Below, piece by piece: positions 57,027 to 61,967 of a DNA stretch of 64,000 nt (the first letter of the stretch is position 1; each line of letters begins with the position of its first letter). The position numbers and the translations under genes were made by a program. Source of the stretch: OCS155 cluster bacterium AG-422-J23. GTDB lineage: Bacteria; Actinomycetota; Acidimicrobiia; Actinomarinales; Actinomarinaceae. The stretch spans positions 150,152 to 214,151 of the forward strand of contig QCMT01000002.1 of the NCBI GenBank assembly GCA_003213625.1. Reading direction: 5' to 3'. The notes beneath the pieces are model-generated. The model made no database searches. It was not told the DNA's origin and worked only from the letters and a program-made list of their open reading frames with translations.

Positions 57027-58733
57027 TTGAATCTATTTATTTTTAATCTAGTTTTTAATAATTTAATAATTGATTTTTTATTAAAAAGAGATCTTGAAGT
57101 TACCAGCAACGCTTTGACAAATTTACAAAATGACTTTATCAGTATATCTTTTCCAGTTGCTTTTCAAATAAACTCACTATTAATTTCATTTATCTTAAGT
57201 ATTTTGATTGCAATAATTATCAAGTTTTTTGTATTAGATCAATTTAATTTAGATGACCCAATAAATATAATTAAATCTTTTTTAAAGTTATTTTTTGTAT
57301 ACACAGGCTCTTTGTTTTCAGTTTTATATTTGTTAAGAATATATAACTTGTCAAGAGGTCTAGTTATAGTCTCTATCGTAGGATTTACATTACTTTCGTT
57401 TCTATTTGTTTTACTTTTACATTTTGGGTTAAAAAAAACAATAGGAAATAGTCTAATTGGAAAATCTATTCCAGTGTTTATACTTTTATTATTAATTTCA
57501 GTCTTCTTTTTCCAACGTAATACTGATGAAGATACTTACTCTGTTGAAGCAGTTCCAACAACAAGTAGCACTATCTTTTCAGGAGTTGTAAATGAAGATT
57601 GTAAAGAATGGAAAGGAAGTGACAACTTTTCAAATTGTGTAAGTGGGGTTGAAATTGAAATTTTAGATTCATTCCCAAACATGGTCACAAATGTAATAGT
57701 TTACGAAGATATAATCTATTTGCTTGAAAATAGTGGTAAGATTTTCAACCATACAAACAATGAAGTATTTTTAGATTTAAGCTCAAAGGTAGGAGTTTTT
57801 GAAGATTTTGCTGAATCAGGATTGTTTAGCCTTGCATTTCATCCTACTAATGAATATCTTGTAGTAAGCTACTCAGACCTTGAGAATAACTTAATTGTTG
57901 AAAGTTACAATCTTAATTCCTCTTTTGAACCTGATGTTACAAACCCCGTAAATTTGATAAAACTTCCAAGTTCACAATGTTGCCATTATTCGGGAAACTT
58001 AATATGGTCTACCTTTTTTGATGACTTTCTCTTGAGCGTAGGTGATATGCAAAACAAAAATGGTTTATTACACTCTGAACCTTTAGATACCACATCACCC
58101 AAGGGAAAAATACTTTTTTTAAACAAAAAAATAAGCAATCCAGATTTATTATCTCTAGAAAATACGCAGACACCTCGTAATGATATTCTTGCGTATGGCT
58201 TAAGAAATCCTTGGAAAACTTTTGTCTACAAAAATTATTTATTTGTACCGGATGTAGGAAAAGCCAATGAGGAAGAGCTGAATGTTGTTGATCTAAATGA
58301 TTTTAAAGCAACTTCCAAACCATATTTGTTTGGTTGGCCACACTATGAAGGAAGTCTTTATTATGAACTAGTGTTTAATCAAATACTTTATCATGATGGT
58401 GAATCCTCAGTAAATATCAGAAACTATGTACAAGAAAATACTATTTTGCCAAATGTTTATTACTCGCACCAAGCACCGGAGAACTTTAGAGCGGCAATTA
58501 TAGGTGGGGGTTTAATCGAGGATGTTGAGAGTGAATACTTTGAATATTATTTTTTTGCAGATTATTTAAGTAATGAACTTTTCTCGTATGAATTTATGAC
58601 TGACAAATTGACTATGTATCCACTAAATAATGTTGGTGGTTACATTACATCTGTAGCAATTAATCCTTACTCATCTGACAGTATTTTAATTACTACAACT
58701 TCTGGTAATTTACTTCAAATCAACTTACCCTAA
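57027..58733 (+). CDS. membrane-anchored glucose/sorbosone dehydrogenase-like (GSDH) protein, paralog of 55204-56940
   Basis: 568 aa, TTG start. Same architecture and motifs: GLFSLAFHP, HYSGNLIW...SVGDM, GKILFLN, AYGLRNPWKT, VPDVGKANEEELNVV, LFGWPHYEGS. Both paralogs end in ..LP. Confidence 0.7.
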   Translation: MNLFIFNLVFNNLIIDFLLKRDLEVTSNALTNLQNDFISISFPVAFQINSLLISFILSILIAIIIKFFVLDQFNLDDPINIIKSFLKLFFVYTGSLFSVLYLLRIYNLSRGLVIVSIVGFTLLSFLFVLLLHFGLKKTIGNSLIGKSIPVFILLLLISVFFFQRNTDEDTYSVEAVPTTSSTIFSGVVNEDCKEWKGSDNFSNCVSGVEIEILDSFPNMVTNVIVYEDIIYLLENSGKIFNHTNNEVFLDLSSKVGVFEDFAESGLFSLAFHPTNEYLVVSYSDLENNLIVESYNLNSSFEPDVTNPVNLIKLPSSQCCHYSGNLIWSTFFDDFLLSVGDMQNKNGLLHSEPLDTTSPKGKILFLNKKISNPDLLSLENTQTPRNDILAYGLRNPWKTFVYKNYLFVPDVGKANEEELNVVDLNDFKATSKPYLFGWPHYEGSLYYELVFNQILYHDGESSVNIRNYVQENTILPNVYYSHQAPENFRAAIIGGGLIEDVESEYFEYYFFADYLSNELFSYEFMTDKLTMYPLNNVGGYITSVAINPYSSDSILITTTSGNLLQINLP

Positions 58734-58740
58734 AATTAAC

Positions 58741-58806
58741 GATTTCTGAAAAACCCTTGTGGGCACTAGAGTATTTGAACCTGTGACTTTTTCCTTGTAA
58801 GGGAAG
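58741..58806 (-). pseudogene. degenerate copy of the 3' part of tRNA-Val (positions 27-73, at 58760-58806) plus 19 nt of its downstream flank; direct repeat of 61145-61210
   Basis: Hand alignment gives 62 of 66 identical positions with 61145-61210. The 4 mismatches break T-stem and acceptor pairing, and there is no 5' half, so the copy is non-functional. Confidence 0.75.
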
Positions 58807-58818
58807 AAAGATAATATT

Positions 58819-60255
58819 TTATTTGTCTTTTGATTGATTTAATTTGTAGGGATTGGGTGAAGGTGGACACCCTGGGGGACATTTAGGCTGAACTGTTCTT
58901 GTTTGACCAGGAATAATAACAGATGTTCCAGCATCAACAAATGCAATAGACCATCCCCAGTTTTCCGGATCCTCAATAACTAATTGAGTATTTGAATTAA
59001 CTCCAAAACCTTCATAATACTGATACATATATCCCATACCTTTTCGTTTATTGATAAAGCTTGACTCTCGTTTGTTTCCGTTATTCTCTGTAAAAATAAA
59101 TTTTAAATTTACCGGCGACCCATTGGTTACAACTACAAAGTCAACTTTTGAGTTATCAGAGAAGGGCAAATCAAGTGTTGCATTGCCATGTCCATGTTGA
59201 TTAAATATATAATTATCCGTTTGAAACCCTAGGTCTGTGGATAGTATTTCTTGTTTTGGATCTAGGCTAGCGTCTCTTTCGTCACCATAAATGACTACAT
59301 CCAAGTACTCTCCTCCAAATGGATGTTCTTCTGGTCCTATATACCAACCCATCGAACTTGGGAGTCCTCTTCCCCTCGCCCAGTCGTTACCATAACTTGT
59401 ACTCTCCCAACCTTCTTTTGGATTTCTGTATAAATTCGAAAACTGTTCAACGATTTCTTCAGTAAAAATTGCTGGTGCCATTTCTTGTTCTTTACTTGTA
59501 CCTCTTTTCTCCATAAGTGCAAAAGCAATATGGCTTGAGCCCTGCATGGTTCCAACCATCTCTTCTAGTGTTGGAACATACATATATCCCAAGATGTCAC
59601 CTTTTTTAACAACTTGACCATTTTCTACTAGAAGATAATCTCTGAAGAAGTTTTCATCTTCTTTAATAACATATCCTTCCATCTGATACAGAAAGCTCAC
59701 AACATTACCATTGTTTTGTGCAAATTGTAATTTCAATAAGTAAGCGGAATGCCACCAGGGAGGATCTGAGTCTGAATGGTCCACAACGTTATAATAAGAC
59801 CCATTTCCTTGCGCCAGCTCAATAATTCCATCTGCTACTGCGTAGAGTGGAGGAAAATCTGATGGTTTTGTTGCCTCTCTCCATCTTGGATCTGTATTTG
59901 AAAAATAAACTTGCGCATCATTATGTGGCCTCGGTGAGCGTTTACCCACATAAGGATGTCCTGCAATAATGTCTTCAAAATCAACAAAAAATCTATCACT
60001 TTTATTTGTTATAAACTCTTTTATGTCTGGGAGTGTTTGTATTGTTAATCCGCTACTTTGATTCTGGTTCCCAGATTCTTGACTGGATGAGGAGTTAGAT
60101 TGTTCATTAGAATCAGTCTCCTTGGATTCTTGAGAATTTTTTTCACTTACGCCATCTTGTGATAATTCCTGTTCTTGTTGTGGCTGTGTAGACGTAGATT
60201 CGGGTGAGCCTCCACAAAAAGAAATTAATAGAAAAAGAATTATAACTTTCTTCAT
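58819..60255 (-). CDS. predicted lipoprotein of unknown function
   Basis: 478 aa. Signal peptide with lipobox MKKVIILFLLISF-C, a Q/S/E-rich linker, then a globular region ending in CPPGCPPSP. Visibly more G+C-rich than the surrounding genes. Confidence 0.6.
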   Translation of the reverse strand: MKKVIILFLLISFCGGSPESTSTQPQQEQELSQDGVSEKNSQESKETDSNEQSNSSSSQESGNQNQSSGLTIQTLPDIKEFITNKSDRFFVDFEDIIAGHPYVGKRSPRPHNDAQVYFSNTDPRWREATKPSDFPPLYAVADGIIELAQGNGSYYNVVDHSDSDPPWWHSAYLLKLQFAQNNGNVVSFLYQMEGYVIKEDENFFRDYLLVENGQVVKKGDILGYMYVPTLEEMVGTMQGSSHIAFALMEKRGTSKEQEMAPAIFTEEIVEQFSNLYRNPKEGWESTSYGNDWARGRGLPSSMGWYIGPEEHPFGGEYLDVVIYGDERDASLDPKQEILSTDLGFQTDNYIFNQHGHGNATLDLPFSDNSKVDFVVVTNGSPVNLKFIFTENNGNKRESSFINKRKGMGYMYQYYEGFGVNSNTQLVIEDPENWGWSIAFVDAGTSVIIPGQTRTVQPKCPPGCPPSPNPYKLNQSKDK

Positions 60256-60319
60256 ATAATTTTATTTTATTGAAAATATAGGTGAATTGCAGGGGTCAAG
60301 TGAGTAATTTACGTAACAA

Positions 60320-60487
60320 TTAATCTTTTTTAAAATAAACGAAGTAAGTTAAACGCATTCCAAGATAAGCAAATATAACAGTTAAAATTACCTGAGTTGG
60401 AGTGTAACTAGAGTCAAGAATGTCCAATACTGGCCAAGCAAAACCTAAAAAAATAAGTAAAACACTTAACTCTTTTTTGTATTTCAT
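60320..60487 (-). CDS. possible 55-aa two-helix membrane peptide
   Basis: Hand-translated: MKYKKELSVLLIFLGFAWPVLDILDSSYTPTQVILTVIFAYLGMRLTYFVYFKKD*. Below the ORF-track cutoff. Its start lies in an 8-bp tandem repeat. Confidence 0.3.
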   Translation of the reverse strand: MKYKKELSVLLIFLGFAWPVLDILDSSYTPTQVILTVIFAYLGMRLTYFVYFKKD

Positions 60488-60505
60488 AATTTCATAATTT
60501 CATAA
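60482..60505. repeat. tandem repeat (TTTCATAA)x3, equal to (TTATGAAA)x3 on the minus strand
   Basis: Three perfect 8-bp units read directly from the sequence. Each contains an ATG on the minus strand (60501-03, 60493-95, 60485-87). Confidence 0.9.
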
Positions 60506-60537
60506 TATCAGAGAGTATCTACAGTTTTAGAAAATTT

Positions 60538-60559
60538 TGGTGTCTTTTAGGTGTCTTTT
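60538..60559. repeat. 22-bp perfect direct repeat, copy 1 (TGGTGTCTTTTAGGTGTCTTTT; internal 11-bp periodicity)
   Basis: Identical to 61106-61127. Overlaps the stop codon of the 173-aa ORF and lies 50 nt upstream of the ATG at 60487. Confidence 0.9.
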
Positions 60560-61068
60560 AAAATTTTTTGTGCCTGATATCTAACAGCTTTTCTTTCATC
60601 ATTCTTTAACTGTCTTGCGATACTTATAACATTTGACTTCAATATTTCGTCTGAATTGGATAATTTTTCTAGAAGTTTTAAACCTTGAGCAAGTATCATC
60701 CAGTCTTTACTATTTTCCACCCAACTCATTGCATTTTTACTAATAACTTTGTATTCTTTATCGTCAAAATATGAAATGAAATCATAATAAATTGTAATAA
60801 GCCCAAGTTTGACTACATTATGTTCAGACTCTGAAAACTCATCTATGAATCTTTTTTTATTTTCAACAAAAATTTGATTATTACCTTTTATTATTCTTTT
60901 TGTTGCATTCATAGCTCTCATTGCAACTAAAGAATTGTTAGAAAAAAAACATAAGAATAATTTATCAATTTCTTTTATATTATTTTGAATATGTTCTACT
61001 ACTTTTAATGTCTCTCCAAGTGAGTTTTGTTTTCCTTTGCTTAACTCAAATTCAAAATCTAATTCCAT
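60547..61068 (-). CDS. hypothetical all-alpha (HEAT-like repeat?) protein
   Basis: 173-aa ORF rich in helix-forming residues (..LVAMRAMNATKRII.., ..WMILAQGLKLLEKL.., ..RKAVRYQAQKIL). No family recognised with confidence. Confidence 0.45.
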   Translation of the reverse strand: MELDFEFELSKGKQNSLGETLKVVEHIQNNIKEIDKLFLCFFSNNSLVAMRAMNATKRIIKGNNQIFVENKKRFIDEFSESEHNVVKLGLITIYYDFISYFDDKEYKVISKNAMSWVENSKDWMILAQGLKLLEKLSNSDEILKSNVISIARQLKNDERKAVRYQAQKILKDT

Positions 61069-61105
61069 AACTAAATGTATATTACCAAATGAAACTCTAC
61101 AGAAG

Positions 61106-61127
61106 TGGTGTCTTTTAGGTGTCTTTT
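61106..61127. repeat. 22-bp perfect direct repeat, copy 2 (TGGTGTCTTTTAGGTGTCTTTT)
   Basis: Identical to 60538-60559. Lies 37 nt upstream of the ATG (61068) of the 173-aa ORF. Confidence 0.9.
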
Positions 61128-61144
61128 GGGTATATATATGTAAA

Positions 61145-61210
61145 GATTTCTGAAAAACCCTTGTGGGCGCTACAGGATTTGAACCTGTGACTTCTTCCTT
61201 GTAAGGGAAG
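61145..61210. repeat. direct-repeat partner of 58741-58806 (3' part of the intact tRNA-Val plus 19 nt downstream)
   Basis: 62 of 66 positions identical by hand alignment. The repeat ends exactly at tRNA position 27, the start of the anticodon stem. Confidence 0.8.
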
Positions 61211-61237
61211 CGCTCTGCCGGACTGAGCTAAGCGCCC
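61164..61237 (-). tRNA. tRNA-Val (anticodon UAC)
   Basis: Hand-folded 74-nt cloverleaf: acceptor GGGCGCT/AGCGCCC, anticodon arm CTTCC-CTTACAA-GGAAG, T arm ACAGG-TTCAAAT-CCTGT. CCA is not encoded. Confidence 0.9.
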
Positions 61238-61274
61238 GAGGTAATAATTATAATATGGGGTATATAATTAAACA

Positions 61275-61967
61275 GTGATAAATTTATCAGTAATTGTACC
61301 CTTTTTTAATGAGGAACAGTTTCTTGATGCCTCTGTAAATCGATTACTTTCCAACGACATCTATACATCAATATATTTAATTGATAATAATTCAACTGAT
61401 AATTCCTACGAAATCGGTAAAAACCTTGCTGGTAAGTATGAAAAAGTCGAACTTCTCAAAACTGGTAAAAACAAAGGAAAAGGATCTGTTTTAGCATTCA
61501 GTAAAAATTTAATTACCACCTCTCATGTTGTTATCCATGATGCAGATCTTGAATACTTTCCAGAGGATATTATTGAAATGTTTGAATTAGCTAAACAAAA
61601 TCAAAGGTCTCTCATCCTTGGCTCACGATTTATTGGCTCAAAAAAAAGAGAAAATATCTATTTGAGAACATTTTTAGCAAATAGAGTTATGTCTTTATTT
61701 TTTTCAATAGTAAATTCTTATAAAATTTCAGATGTAGCATCATGTTATAAATTGATGCCAGTAGAATTTTTTAAAAATGTTGAGCTAAAAGAAAGTGGTT
61801 TTTCGATAGAGATTGAACTACTTTCTAAATTTTTAAAATTCAATCGATCCGTTTTGGAAGTACCTATTTCGTATGAAGGTAGATCATACACAGAAGGAAA
61901 AAAGATCAAAACAGTAGATGGGTTTCAATATTTATTCAATACGATTAAATACAGATTTTTAAATTAA
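61275..61967 (+). CDS. GT2 polyprenol-phosphate glycosyltransferase-like (Dpm1-type)
   Basis: 230 aa, GTG start. LSVIVPFFNEEQFLDASVNRLL...IYLIDNNSTDNS...IHDADLEY. Confidence 0.8.
   Translation: MINLSVIVPFFNEEQFLDASVNRLLSNDIYTSIYLIDNNSTDNSYEIGKNLAGKYEKVELLKTGKNKGKGSVLAFSKNLITTSHVVIHDADLEYFPEDIIEMFELAKQNQRSLILGSRFIGSKKRENIYLRTFLANRVMSLFFSIVNSYKISDVASCYKLMPVEFFKNVELKESGFSIEIELLSKFLKFNRSVLEVPISYEGRSYTEGKKIKTVDGFQYLFNTIKYRFLN

Noticed and set aside
59337-59555. Same-strand alternative-frame ORFs (59337-59555, 41244-41459, 47211-47396)
   Set aside because: They are embedded in a different frame of well-supported longer CDSs (the lipoprotein, the polytopic paralog and the DegT aminotransferase). 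Nothing suggests programmed frameshifting.
58819-60255. Annotating the lipoprotein as an M23/LytM peptidase
   Set aside because: VKKGDILGYM...GSSHIAFAL and VVDHSDSD faintly recall the M23 HxxxD and HxH blocks. However, the second His of HxH is missing and the spacing is atypical. This is not supportable without an HMM hit.
60256-60319. Sigma70-like promoter TTGACC...TATATT upstream of the lipoprotein gene (minus strand)
   Set aside because: The spacer between the two hexamers is only about 13 nt by my count, against the optimal 17. AT-rich DNA produces many -10-like hexamers by chance.
60538-61127. Calling the 22-bp repeats bona fide Pho boxes
   Set aside because: Only the geometry (7+4+7, TGTC core) matches. 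The half-site is GTGTCTT rather than CTGTCAT. On the coding (minus) strand the motif is inverted. In addition, the distance to the best -10-like hexamer (about 21 nt for the upstream copy) differs from the roughly 10 bp of E. coli Pho promoters. I keep it only as a generic response-regulator-like operator or cassette-boundary hypothesis.
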